DNA from: Dehalococcoidia bacterium | GTDB lineage: Bacteria > Chloroflexota > Dehalococcoidia > Bin125 | Assembly: GCA_965205165.1 (NCBI GenBank) | Contig: OZ242037.1 | Coordinates: 339,294 to 403,293, forward strand | Direction of reading: 5' to 3' | Length of the DNA: 64,000 nt | Shown: in pieces, positions 8,501 to 15,962 of the stretch | Layout: every line of letters starts with the position of its first letter | How positions within the stretch are numbered: position 1 is the stretch's first letter | Made by a program: the position numbers and the translations under genes | Notes under the pieces: model-generated | Told to the model about the DNA's origin: nothing | Database searches by the model: none | The model's input: only the letters and a program-made list of their open reading frames with translations

Positions 8501-10136
8501 AGTCGATGGGGGGGTTGGTGACTTGGGCGAATTTCTGCTTGAAGTAGGTGTAGAGGGGGCGGGGCTGGTCCTGGAGGACGGAGAGGGGGGTGTCGTCGCC
8601 CATGGAGCCGACGGGTTCCTTGGCTTGGCGGGCCATGGGCTTGAGGACGTATTCGAGTTCCTCCTTGGAGTAGCCGTGGAGGATTTCGCGTTCGAGGATT
8701 TCGCCTTCGGCGGGTGGGTGGACGGCGGAGGCGAGGCTGACTTTGCCGCGCTGGACGCGGCCCATGCCGTTGCGGACCCATTCGCGGTAGGGGCGCTGGC
8801 GGGAGATGCGGCGCTTGATTTCGGCGTCGTGGAGGAGTTCGTGGCGTTCGGTGTCGACGGCGACCATCTGGCCGGGGCCGAGGCGGCCGGATTCGATGAT
8901 GTCGGCGTGGTCGAGTTGGATCAGGCCGACTTCGGAGGCCATGACGACGAGGCCGTCGCGGGTGACTTGGTATCTGGCGGGGCGGAGGCCGTTGCGGTCC
9001 ATGGCGGCGGCGGCGATGCGGCCGTCGGTGAAGGCGATGGCGGCGGGGCCGTCCCAGGGTTCGGTGAGGCAGGCGTGGTACTCGTAGAAGCCGCGGAGCT
9101 GGGGGTCCATGTCGGAGCGCTGCTCCCAGGCTTCGGGGACGAGCATCATCATGGCGTGGAGGGGGCCGCGGCCGGAGGAGACGAGCAGGTCGAAGACTTC
9201 GTCGAAGGCGAGGGAGTCGGAGCCGCCTTCGGTGACGACGGGGTGGAGTTGGGCGACCTCTTCGCCCCAGAAGGCGGATTCGAGGGAAGCGCCGCGTGCG
9301 TGCATCCAGTTGCGGTTGCCGAGCAGGGTGTTGATTTCGCCGTTGTGGGCGATGAAGCGGAAGGGCTGGGCGATGGGCCAGTTGGGCAGGGTGTTGGTGG
9401 CGTAGCGCTGGTGGAAGAGGGCGAGGGGGGAGACGGTGTCGGGGTTGGTGAGGTCGGGATAGAAGCGGCTGAGCTGGGGGGCGACCATGAGGCCCTTGTA
9501 GACGACGGTTCGGGAGGAGAGGGAGGCGATGTAGGTGCTGCCGGCGGGGTCGCCCGGGGCGGCCTGGGCGAGGGAGCGGTAGTCGGCTTCGGCGAGGCGG
9601 CGGGCGAGGTAGAGGGCGCGGGCGAATTCTTCGGCGGGCGCGCCGGGGCCGCGGCGGAGGACGAGCTGCTCGATGGCGGGGAGGCCGTTGCGGGCCCAGG
9701 GGCCGAGCACGTCGGGCTCGATCGGGACTTCGCGCCAGCCGAGGGCTTCGAGGCCGGCGCGCTGGGCGGCGGCGGAGAGGATGGCGCGGGCGCGCTCGCG
9801 GGCTGGGGGATCGACGGGGAGGAAGACCATGGCGAGGGCGAGTTGGTCGAGGTGCTCGAAGGACTGGCCGAGGCGTTCGAGGTCGGGGCGGAGGGTGGCC
9901 CAGGGGATGGCGATGGTGACGCCGGCGCCGTCGCCGGTCTGCGGGTCGGCGTTGGTGGCGCCGCGGTGGGTGAGGCTGACGACGCCCTCGACGGCTTGGC
10001 GGACGATGTCGTGGGTGGCTGCGCCGTCGATGCGGGCGACGAAGCCGGTGCCGCAGGCGTCGCGGAAGGCGGCGGGGTCGTGCAGTCCGCGGTATCGGGG
10101 GGGACGGGCGCTGTGCGGCATCGCTGTCGCCTTCAA
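5559..10136 (-). CDS. gltB: glutamate synthase large subunit
   Basis: 1525 aa. N-terminal Ntn-amidotransferase Cys (AFRDACGTGFVARIDG), central and FMN-binding domains (GEGGEDP, KIAQGSKPGEGGQLPG, SGADGGTGASP) and the C-terminal GXGXG domain. No gltD is adjacent. Confidence 0.97.
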   Translation of the reverse strand: MKATAMPHSARPPRYRGLHDPAAFRDACGTGFVARIDGAATHDIVRQAVEGVVSLTHRGATNADPQTGDGAGVTIAIPWATLRPDLERLGQSFEHLDQLALAMVFLPVDPPARERARAILSAAAQRAGLEALGWREVPIEPDVLGPWARNGLPAIEQLVLRRGPGAPAEEFARALYLARRLAEADYRSLAQAAPGDPAGSTYIASLSSRTVVYKGLMVAPQLSRFYPDLTNPDTVSPLALFHQRYATNTLPNWPIAQPFRFIAHNGEINTLLGNRNWMHARGASLESAFWGEEVAQLHPVVTEGGSDSLAFDEVFDLLVSSGRGPLHAMMMLVPEAWEQRSDMDPQLRGFYEYHACLTEPWDGPAAIAFTDGRIAAAAMDRNGLRPARYQVTRDGLVVMASEVGLIQLDHADIIESGRLGPGQMVAVDTERHELLHDAEIKRRISRQRPYREWVRNGMGRVQRGKVSLASAVHPPAEGEILEREILHGYSKEELEYVLKPMARQAKEPVGSMGDDTPLSVLQDQPRPLYTYFKQKFAQVTNPPIDSIRERNVMALDIRLGRRASLLEESPEAARVVHLASPVLVDRDLDSLRGFRVPGFSAADISCTFPAIDGPAGLEPALDALCDRVDNAIEDGHSLLILSDEHVDADRVPIPMLLAVATVHHHLIRNGRRLDASIVASTGDARDVHQVSCLIGFGANAVHPYLALQMVAALQADGELDPLGPDDAISRYLDALDAGILKIMSKMGIATVSSYHGGQIYEALGISEEVVERSFPGTTSRIGGIGFEEIGADALSRHSHAFPADHLEPGGWYKYRRDADYHANEPPIWRSLHKAVQGSDHDEAEAYAKYSDMVNGRQPTALRDLVDFKPDRPPIPVEDVEDHHAITARFSTGAMSLGALSPEAHEDVARAMNEIGAFSNTGEGGEDPRRYRPGGDKHDANSKIKQIASGRFGVTPAYLNGASEIEIKIAQGSKPGEGGQLPGHKVTPYIALLRHSTPGVELISPPPHHDIYSIEDLSQLIYDLKIANPDARICVKLVACEGVGTIAAGVAKAYADVVHISGADGGTGASPLSSVKYAGAPWELGVKEAHEALVVNGLRGRVMLRTDGGFHTGRDVVIAALLGAEGYGFGTSALVALGCKMARQCHLNTCPVGVATQREDLRAKYFGKPQMLVDFLLHVSEEVRQLLARLGYSTLEEIIGRTDLLAQIEPREPDGVQARRARTVDLARLLAPVEADPALPRKRVQERNDRSDDLRLDDQILEDLEDRIDASRYFTKTYPITNKHRTVGARVSGRIARRHGDRGMKSGTFELHFNGSAGQSFGAFLARGLRLYLRGEANDYVGKGMGGGMIAVAPPERAGYLGKDAVLVGNTVLYGATGGSLWVAGRAGERFAVRNSGARAVVEGVGDHGCEYMTGGTVVVLGPTGRNFAAGMSGGFAYVWDADGDFEANVNKAMVDLQRVEDSNDQNMLEEMINTHADRTGSPHAKDLLERWNIVLPQFHKVIPRDYARVLRERAEQEARAVAGTE

Positions 10137-10307
10137 GTGCGCGCAGATGGTCGGTGCCGGAACGGGGATGCGGCGCGTGCGCCGATCGCGGTGCGAGCGG
10201 CGATGCGGCGGCCGCCGGCGAATCGCCGCTCGGATTGAGGGCGGAACGGGTATGCGCGGCGCGATCAGGCTACCACTTGGGATGGGTTCGCGCCCAGATG
10301 GGGGCGG

Positions 10308-11630
10308 CTAGAGGATTTCGTCGCGGCGGAGGTCGGCGAGGGCGGCTTCGAAGGCGGCGAGGGTGGCGTCGATTTCGGGGTCGCCGTGGACGCAGGAGAC
10401 GAGCGCGCCGGTGCCCATCAGGTCGACGCCGTGGTTGAGCATGGCGCGGCGGAAGGGCCACATGACGGCGGGGGGCGTTTCGGGCAGCGAGGCGCGGGGG
10501 CCGCCGAGGGGGTCCCAGTCCCAGGTGAAGCCGTCGTCCGGGCGGGGGAGTTCCGCGCCGAGGACGAGGTGGACCATGGAGGCGTCGGTGAAGGCGGCGC
10601 CGGGGACTTCGGCGGTGAGCAGTGCGCGGTTGAAGCCCTGGGTGAGGCGGCGGGCTTGGCCGGCGGCGCGTTCGACGGCATCGGTTTCGCCGACGGCGGC
10701 GAGGGCGGCTGCGCCGGCGGCGGCGCTGAGCGGGTTGGCGTTGAAGGTGCCCGGGTGGAGGACGCGTTGGCCCGCGCCGTTGGGGGCGATCTGGTCGAGC
10801 AGGTCGCGTCGGCCGGCGAGCGCGCCGCCGGGCAGGCCGCCGGCGACGATTTTGGCGAGGGTGGTGAGGTCGGGGCGGATGCCGAGGCGCTCCTGCACGC
10901 CGCCGCGGGAGGCGCGGAAGCCGGTGACGACTTCGTCGAAGATGAGGACGGTGCCGTGTTCGGCGGTGAGGCGGCGGAGTTCGGCGGGGATTTCGGGCGG
11001 CAGCGGAATTGCGCCCCAATGGGGGCCGGTGGGTTCGAGGATGGCGGCGGCGTATTGGCCGGTGGCGAGTTCGCGGGCCATGGCCTCGATGTCGGTCTGG
11101 TCGAGGAAGGTCATCGCCGACTGCATGGCTTGCGAGAGGCCCGCGCCGCCGGTCATGACGCTGTCGTTCCAGCCGTGGAAGTGGCCGTTGAGGCGGAGGA
11201 TTTTTTCGCGGCCGGTGGCGGCGCGGGAGACACGGGCGGCCATCATGGTGGCTTCGGTGCCGGAGGAGGTGAAGCGGACTTTTTCGGCGGAGGGGAGCAG
11301 GCGCTGGATGGCGGCGGCCCACTGGAGTTCGAGGTCGGTGGTGCCGCTGGCGTGGGTGCCGCGCTCGATCTGGCGCTGGACGGCGGCGACGAGGTCGGGG
11401 TGGGCGTGGCCGAAGAGGAGCGCGCCGTGGCCCATCACGTAGTCGATGACTTGGTTGCCGTCGACGTCCCACTTGCGCGGGCCGGCGGCGCGGTCGTAGA
11501 CGATGCCGAAGGGCTCGAAGAGGCGGACGTCGTGGGTGACGCCGCCGGGGAAGACGGAGCGTGCGCGGTCGGCGCGGTCGGCGGAGCCGGGATGGAGCTG
11601 GAGGAAGCGGTCGTCGATGGCGGCGGGCAT
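10308..11630 (-). CDS. class III PLP-dependent aminotransferase, glutamate-1-semialdehyde 2,1-aminomutase-like
   Basis: 440 aa with SGTEATMMAARVSRAATGR, LIFDEVVTGFR and DLTTLAKIVAGGLPGGA (PLP lysine context), which resemble the HemL family. Confidence 0.85.
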   Translation of the reverse strand: MPAAIDDRFLQLHPGSADRADRARSVFPGGVTHDVRLFEPFGIVYDRAAGPRKWDVDGNQVIDYVMGHGALLFGHAHPDLVAAVQRQIERGTHASGTTDLELQWAAAIQRLLPSAEKVRFTSSGTEATMMAARVSRAATGREKILRLNGHFHGWNDSVMTGGAGLSQAMQSAMTFLDQTDIEAMARELATGQYAAAILEPTGPHWGAIPLPPEIPAELRRLTAEHGTVLIFDEVVTGFRASRGGVQERLGIRPDLTTLAKIVAGGLPGGALAGRRDLLDQIAPNGAGQRVLHPGTFNANPLSAAAGAAALAAVGETDAVERAAGQARRLTQGFNRALLTAEVPGAAFTDASMVHLVLGAELPRPDDGFTWDWDPLGGPRASLPETPPAVMWPFRRAMLNHGVDLMGTGALVSCVHGDPEIDATLAAFEAALADLRRDEIL

Positions 11631-11694
11631 GGCGTGACGCTAACCGAACGGGGCGGTTTCCGCTACGGGGAGGGCGCGGCTGTACAGTCGCGGG

Positions 11695-12402
11695 GTGGAA
11701 CTGACGCGGCGGCGCATCTATCTGCTGGGCGGTGCCGTGCTGATCGGCATCGGCGGGCTGATCGGGCTGTATTTCGCGTGGCGGGCGTGGGCGCCGTTCG
11801 ACGTGGACGACGTGGAGCGGTGGATCGAGGATCTGGGGCCGTGGGGGCCGGTGGTCTACATCCTGGGGTTCGGGGTGTCGATGCTGTTCGCGCCGATTCC
11901 GACGGCGCCGCTGCCGGTGGCGGCGGCGGCGGTCTGGGGCGGCGTGCTGGGCTTCGCGTACACGCTGACGGCGGTGGCGATCGGATCGGCGCTGTGTTTT
12001 TGGGTGGCGCGGACGCTGGGGCGGCGGGCGCTGCGGCGGCTGATGACGGAGGCGGCGGTGGAGAAGCTGGACGAGTACGGGCAGCGCTTGGGGGTGAAGG
12101 TGCTGATCGTGGCGCGGCTGGTGCCGCTGGCGGGGGTGGATTACGTCTCGTACGCGGCGGGGTTGACGCAGATGCCGTTCCGGGTCTACATCGTGATTTC
12201 GGTGCTGGGCAGCGCGCCGATCCTGGCGCTGGCCTCGGTGCTGGGCGAGGGCCTGCGGCGGAACCTGATTCTGGCGGCGGCCGCCGCGGTGGTGCTGCTG
12301 CTCGTGTTCGCCGCGCCGGTCGCCTGGCAGCTCTGGCGGCGTCGGCAGCAAGCGGCACTGGAGGCCGTTGAAGCCGGTAGCGTGGGCCCCGATGCCGATT
12401 GA
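11695..12402 (+). CDS. TVP38/TMEM64 (DedA-related, SNARE-associated) family membrane protein
   Basis: 235 aa polytopic membrane ORF (GTG start in the track). Family-like features: FAPIPTAPLPVAAAAVWG and RLVPLAGVDYVSYAAGLTQM. Confidence 0.7.
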   Translation: MELTRRRIYLLGGAVLIGIGGLIGLYFAWRAWAPFDVDDVERWIEDLGPWGPVVYILGFGVSMLFAPIPTAPLPVAAAAVWGGVLGFAYTLTAVAIGSALCFWVARTLGRRALRRLMTEAAVEKLDEYGQRLGVKVLIVARLVPLAGVDYVSYAAGLTQMPFRVYIVISVLGSAPILALASVLGEGLRRNLILAAAAAVVLLLVFAAPVAWQLWRRRQQAALEAVEAGSVGPDAD

Positions 12403-12982
12403 GGACGCCGGAACGCTGCTGCCCCTGCTGTGGGCGCCGCTGACCGTGGTGACGACGGCGCACGGTTCGGAGCACAGGATTGAGCGCGGGGGACAGATCG
12501 CGGTAGGGACGTTCACGGCATCGATCGTGCCCGATCGCCCGCGGGTGCTGGCGGAGATCCAGAAGCGGAACCGCACGCACGGGCTGATCGAGGCGTCGGG
12601 GAGGTTCGCAATCCACCTGCTCGCCCGCGAGCAATGGGAATGGGTGCGGCATTGGGGCTTCCGCTCGCAAGCGGAGGTGGACAAGTTCGAGGGCGTCGCC
12701 TGGCGGGAGGGCCCGGGCGGGCTGCCGATTTTGGACGGAGTCCTCGGCTGGCTAGCCTGTGAGGTAGTAAACGCGATGGACGGCGGAGATATGACGATCT
12801 ATTTGGCGGATGTTTTTGATGCGCAGCGGAATACGGCCGGGCAGCCGATCCGCTGGCACGAGGTGCAGCAGATGCTGCCGGAAGAATGGCGCGAGGAGTA
12901 CGGGCGGAAACTGGCGCACGATGTGCCGGATTCGGCGCGGCGGATGGGGGAGATCTCGAGGGCGCGGGAGCGGGGCGTATAG
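12392..12982 (+). CDS. flavin reductase-like (FMN-binding split-barrel) domain protein
   Basis: The ORF track starts at TTG 12368; I prefer the in-frame ATG at 12392 (MPIEDAGTLL...). LTVVTTAHG...ASGRFAIHLL...FEGV.W....GLPILDGVLGWLACEV is typical of the flavin reductase family. Confidence 0.7.
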   Translation: MPIEDAGTLLPLLWAPLTVVTTAHGSEHRIERGGQIAVGTFTASIVPDRPRVLAEIQKRNRTHGLIEASGRFAIHLLAREQWEWVRHWGFRSQAEVDKFEGVAWREGPGGLPILDGVLGWLACEVVNAMDGGDMTIYLADVFDAQRNTAGQPIRWHEVQQMLPEEWREEYGRKLAHDVPDSARRMGEISRARERGV

Positions 12983-12990
12983 CGAAGGGA

Positions 12991-13374
12991 TCAGTTGGCG
13001 GCGAGGGCGGCGCGGATGAGGGCGCGGGCATCGTGCGTTTCCGGCAGGATATCGAGTGCGGTCTGTTGAATCTGCGCGAGGAGATCTGGTTCGAGAGGTT
13101 CGCGGGTGACGATCCTGCCGTTCTCAATGGCTTCGGCGATGAGCGCTTCCCGTTCTAGTCTCATCCCGCGCCAGTAGATGCAGGTTTCGCGTCGAATCCA
13201 CGGGTGATCGTCCTTTTGCAAGACCAACGGACAATCTTGGTGGGACGCTTGATCGGACCAGTGAGAGGTGAAGTTGGCCAAGGCGAGGCGGCCGTCTTGG
13301 TCTGGCTGGCTCAGGATGATCCAGAGATGGTTCGCTTGGTCGTAACCGAAGAACGTGGCTCCCGGGGATGTCAC
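12991..13374 (-). CDS. 127-aa partner of PanA-like gene, cassette 1; candidate toxin, family not recognised
   Basis: ATG at 13374 overlaps the stop of the upstream DUF4065-like gene (ATGA). Homologous to the ORFs at 13968..14351 and 14977..15357. Shared pattern: PG..F.G.D...HLW..(L/I)S, AN(F/I)T(S/T)HW, C, H.W, (T/S)C(I/L)(Y/F). Confidence 0.7.
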   Translation of the reverse strand: MTSPGATFFGYDQANHLWIILSQPDQDGRLALANFTSHWSDQASHQDCPLVLQKDDHPWIRRETCIYWRGMRLEREALIAEAIENGRIVTREPLEPDLLAQIQQTALDILPETHDARALIRAALAAN

Positions 13375-13940
13375 TGTGCGAGGGCGGCGTGGAGGCTGTA
13401 GACGGCGCAGGCTTTCTCTTCGAAGTCCGCGATCATTTCGGGGGTGAAACCTTCTTCGCGGAGGATGAGGTAGGGGTCGATCTCGACGGTGCCGTCATGC
13501 GGGGCGCTCCACTCGGGCAGTTGGCGGGTGTAGTGGCAGAGCATGGGGAGTTCGCTGCGGCCGTGTTGATCGTAGATGGCATTCAGGTCACGGATCGCCC
13601 AGCCGCTGAGGTAGCCGGTACCGCTGTTTTCCGCACAGGCGAGATAGGGACCGTGGGCAGGGCGGACGTATTGGGCCCAAGTCTCGCTGCCGACGGCCTG
13701 ATCGCCGGCGATCAGGCTGAGGATGTTCCGGAGGGCGGGGCCATTCTCGGTGTTGATGAGATCGTCGCCGGTGATGGTGATCGCGCCGTCGACGAAATTG
13801 CGGCGGTCGGCGAGGTAGAGGAGTTTGACGAGGCGGGTGCCGTGCATCTGCCCGCCGTGGCGGCGGAGGAGGCAGGCGGCGGCTTGAGCGGCTTTGCGCT
13901 CGTCGAAGGCGAAGCGGATGCGACATTCGTGCGAGCTCAT
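13371..13940 (-). CDS. DUF4065/SocA/GepA (Panacea, PanA-type) antitoxin-like protein, cassette 1
   Basis: 189 aa. RLVKLLYLADRRNFVDGAITITGDDLINTENGPALRNILSLI matches the K(L)LYLADR...ITGD...GP.L core of the DUF4065 family as I recall it. Confidence 0.75.
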   Translation of the reverse strand: MSSHECRIRFAFDERKAAQAAACLLRRHGGQMHGTRLVKLLYLADRRNFVDGAITITGDDLINTENGPALRNILSLIAGDQAVGSETWAQYVRPAHGPYLACAENSGTGYLSGWAIRDLNAIYDQHGRSELPMLCHYTRQLPEWSAPHDGTVEIDPYLILREEGFTPEMIADFEEKACAVYSLHAALAQ

Positions 13941-13967
13941 TTGGCAAGGGTAGCGCGGGCTGCGCGT

Positions 13968-14351
13968 TCAGTCGGTGGCGAGGGTGGCGCTGATGATGTT
14001 GCGGAATTTGGCGGGGAGGTCGGGGAGTTGGAGGGCGGTGCGGTGGAGACGGGCCAGGAGCCGGGATGTCGCGGGGGTGTCGGTCGGCAGCGCTCCGCTT
14101 TGGATGCCGTCCGCTATCTCGCTGCGCGGACGGAGGTGGATGCCGTCCCAGAAGATGCATGTCGGCCGGCGTATCCACGGATGATCGCGCTTGGCGAGGA
14201 TGAGCGGGCACGATTGGCGGAGCGTGCTGCCGGCCCAGTGGGATGTGAAGTTGGCGAGCACGAGCTGGTCGTTCTGATCGGGGAGGCTGAGGATCAGCCA
14301 GAGGTGGCCGGCTTCGTCGTATCCGCGGAAGGTGGTGCCCGGATCGGTCAC
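13968..14351 (-). CDS. 127-aa partner of PanA-like gene, cassette 2; candidate toxin
   Basis: GTG at 14351 overlaps the upstream stop (GTGA). Exactly the same length (384 nt) as cassette 1. Sequence: VTDPGTTFRGYDEAGHLWLILSLPDQNDQLVLANFTSHW...CPLILAKRDHPWIRRPTCIFW. The track ORF 13968..14516 over-extends upstream. Confidence 0.7.
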   Translation of the reverse strand: MTDPGTTFRGYDEAGHLWLILSLPDQNDQLVLANFTSHWAGSTLRQSCPLILAKRDHPWIRRPTCIFWDGIHLRPRSEIADGIQSGALPTDTPATSRLLARLHRTALQLPDLPAKFRNIISATLATD

Positions 14352-14917
14352 GCTCGGAGGGCGGCTTCGAGGCTGTAGATGGCATCGGCCCGTTCCTCGA
14401 CGTCGCAGATCATTTCGGGCGTGAAGCCTTCGCCGCGGAGGATGGCGTAGGGGTCGATCTCGGCGGCGGCGCTTTGCGGGGCGCGCCATTCGGGGAGTTG
14501 GCGGGCGTAGAGGCAAAGCTGGGGGAGTTCGCTGTTGCCGTGTTGATCGTAGACGGCGTCGAGGCGCTTGATGGAGGCGCCGTGCAGGTTGCCGTCGTCA
14601 TGGTCGTCGGTGCCGGCGAGGTAGGGGCCGTGAGCGGGCTGGACATGGCAGTTCCAAGCGGCGCGGCCGGGGGCGTCTTCGCCGGCGATGAGGCGGAGGA
14701 TGTTCTTGAGCGCGGGGCCGTCTTCGGCATTGATGAAGTCGTCGCCGGTGATGGGGATGCCGGTTTCGACGAAATTCCGGCGGTCGGCGAGGTAGAGGAG
14801 TTTGACGAGGCGCGCACCGTGCATCTGCCGGCCGTGCCTGTGCAGGAGGCGGCCGGCCGCTTGGGCGGCCTTGACTTCGTCGAACGCGAAGCGGATGCGG
14901 CATTCGTGCGAGCTCAT
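14348..14917 (-). CDS. DUF4065/SocA (PanA-type) antitoxin-like protein, cassette 2
   Basis: ATG at 14917 (MSSHECRIRFAFDEVKAAQAA...), 189 aa and 570 nt, as in cassette 1. Contains RLVKLLYLADRRNFVETGIPITGDDFINAEDGPALKNILRLI. The track ORF 14348..15217 over-extends. Confidence 0.75.
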   Translation of the reverse strand: MSSHECRIRFAFDEVKAAQAAGRLLHRHGRQMHGARLVKLLYLADRRNFVETGIPITGDDFINAEDGPALKNILRLIAGEDAPGRAAWNCHVQPAHGPYLAGTDDHDDGNLHGASIKRLDAVYDQHGNSELPQLCLYARQLPEWRAPQSAAAEIDPYAILRGEGFTPEMICDVEERADAIYSLEAALRA

Positions 14918-14976
14918 CGGGCAAGGGTAGCGCGGGCGGCGGGCTTGCAGGGGGGCTATTGATGCAGGGGGCGGGG

Positions 14977-15357
14977 TCAGGCCGGTTGGAGGGCGGTGCG
15001 GATTGCGGTTTTGGAGGCGGTGTCGGGGTAGGGGGATTCCAGGGCGGCGAGTTGGAGTTTGCGGAGCAGGGCGGGGGATGCGGGGTCGTGTTGTTCTATG
15101 GCGCCGGTGCGGATGTCTTGTTCGATCTTGGCGGTGCTGAAGAAGGCGATGCCTTTGGGGTAGAGGCAGGAGTCGTGCTGGACCCACTCGTGCTCTCGTT
15201 CGCCGACGATGCGGCATGCCTTGTGGTCGGGGTCGTCGGGCCAGTGGGTGGTGATGTTGGCCATCACGATCAGGGCGTCGGGGGTCTGGTGGCTGATGGC
15301 GAACCAGAGGTGCCGGCGGGGGTCTAGGCCGATGAAGGCGTCGCCGGGGTTGATCAC
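14977..15357 (-). CDS. 126-aa partner of PanA-like gene, cassette 3 (diverged); candidate toxin
   Basis: GTG at 15357 overlaps the upstream stop (GTGA). Sequence: VINPGDAFIGLDPRRHLWFAISHQTPDALIVMANITTHW...C...HEWVQHDSCLY. Confidence 0.6.
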   Translation of the reverse strand: MINPGDAFIGLDPRRHLWFAISHQTPDALIVMANITTHWPDDPDHKACRIVGEREHEWVQHDSCLYPKGIAFFSTAKIEQDIRTGAIEQHDPASPALLRKLQLAALESPYPDTASKTAIRTALQPA

Positions 15358-15902
15358 GCGACGTATTTGCGGTGGGCTTGGTGGGCGGTTTCGAGGTCGG
15401 CTTGGATTCGGTCGATGTACCAGTCGGCGTAGCCGGCTGCTTGGAGGATTTCGCGGGGGTTGATGGGGGAGTCTTCGTTGCAGACGCCTCGCCATTCGCT
15501 CAGGGAGCGGAGGCGTTCTTCGAGATCTTGGGGCGGATCGGTGGCGAATCTGTCGTGGATGCGGTCGAGGAAATCGGAAGATGCTTCGGAGAGTTGGCTC
15601 TCGTCGTCGTTGGGGGTGGGGCAGGCCAGGGCGTCGGGGGCGATGTTGACGTGGCGGGGCCAAGCGGAGTTGGGCGCGGAGGCGGAGCCGGAGGCGAGGT
15701 CGCGGATGCGGCGGAGGGCGGGGCCGTCGTTGGTGGAGATGAACTCGTCGCCGGTGATGGTGGCGTGGTGTTCGACGAGGAACCAGCGGTCGGCGAGGTA
15801 GAGGAGCTGGGCGAGTTTGGCGGCGGGCATGGGGGCACCGTGGCGGCGGAGGATGCGGGCGGCGGCTTGGGCGGCGCGAAGTTCGTTGAAGGCGAAATGC
15901 AT
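15354..15902 (-). CDS. DUF4065/SocA (PanA-type) antitoxin-like protein, cassette 3 (diverged)
   Basis: 182 aa with KLAQLLYLADRWFLVEHHATITGDEFISTNDGPALRRIRDL. A GGGAGGG Shine-Dalgarno lies 5 nt upstream of the ATG. Confidence 0.7.
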   Translation of the reverse strand: MHFAFNELRAAQAAARILRRHGAPMPAAKLAQLLYLADRWFLVEHHATITGDEFISTNDGPALRRIRDLASGSASAPNSAWPRHVNIAPDALACPTPNDDESQLSEASSDFLDRIHDRFATDPPQDLEERLRSLSEWRGVCNEDSPINPREILQAAGYADWYIDRIQADLETAHQAHRKYVA

Positions 15903-15962
15903 CCTACCCTCCCGCGGGCGATCGTATCGGAATCGGCCGGCGTGGAGGGGGTGCAGCCGGGG

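Noticed and set aside
10137-10307. Possible regulatory RNA or leader upstream of gltB
   Set aside because: I could not identify any conserved riboswitch-like structure or attenuator by eye. The region is an ordinary GC-rich intergenic sequence.
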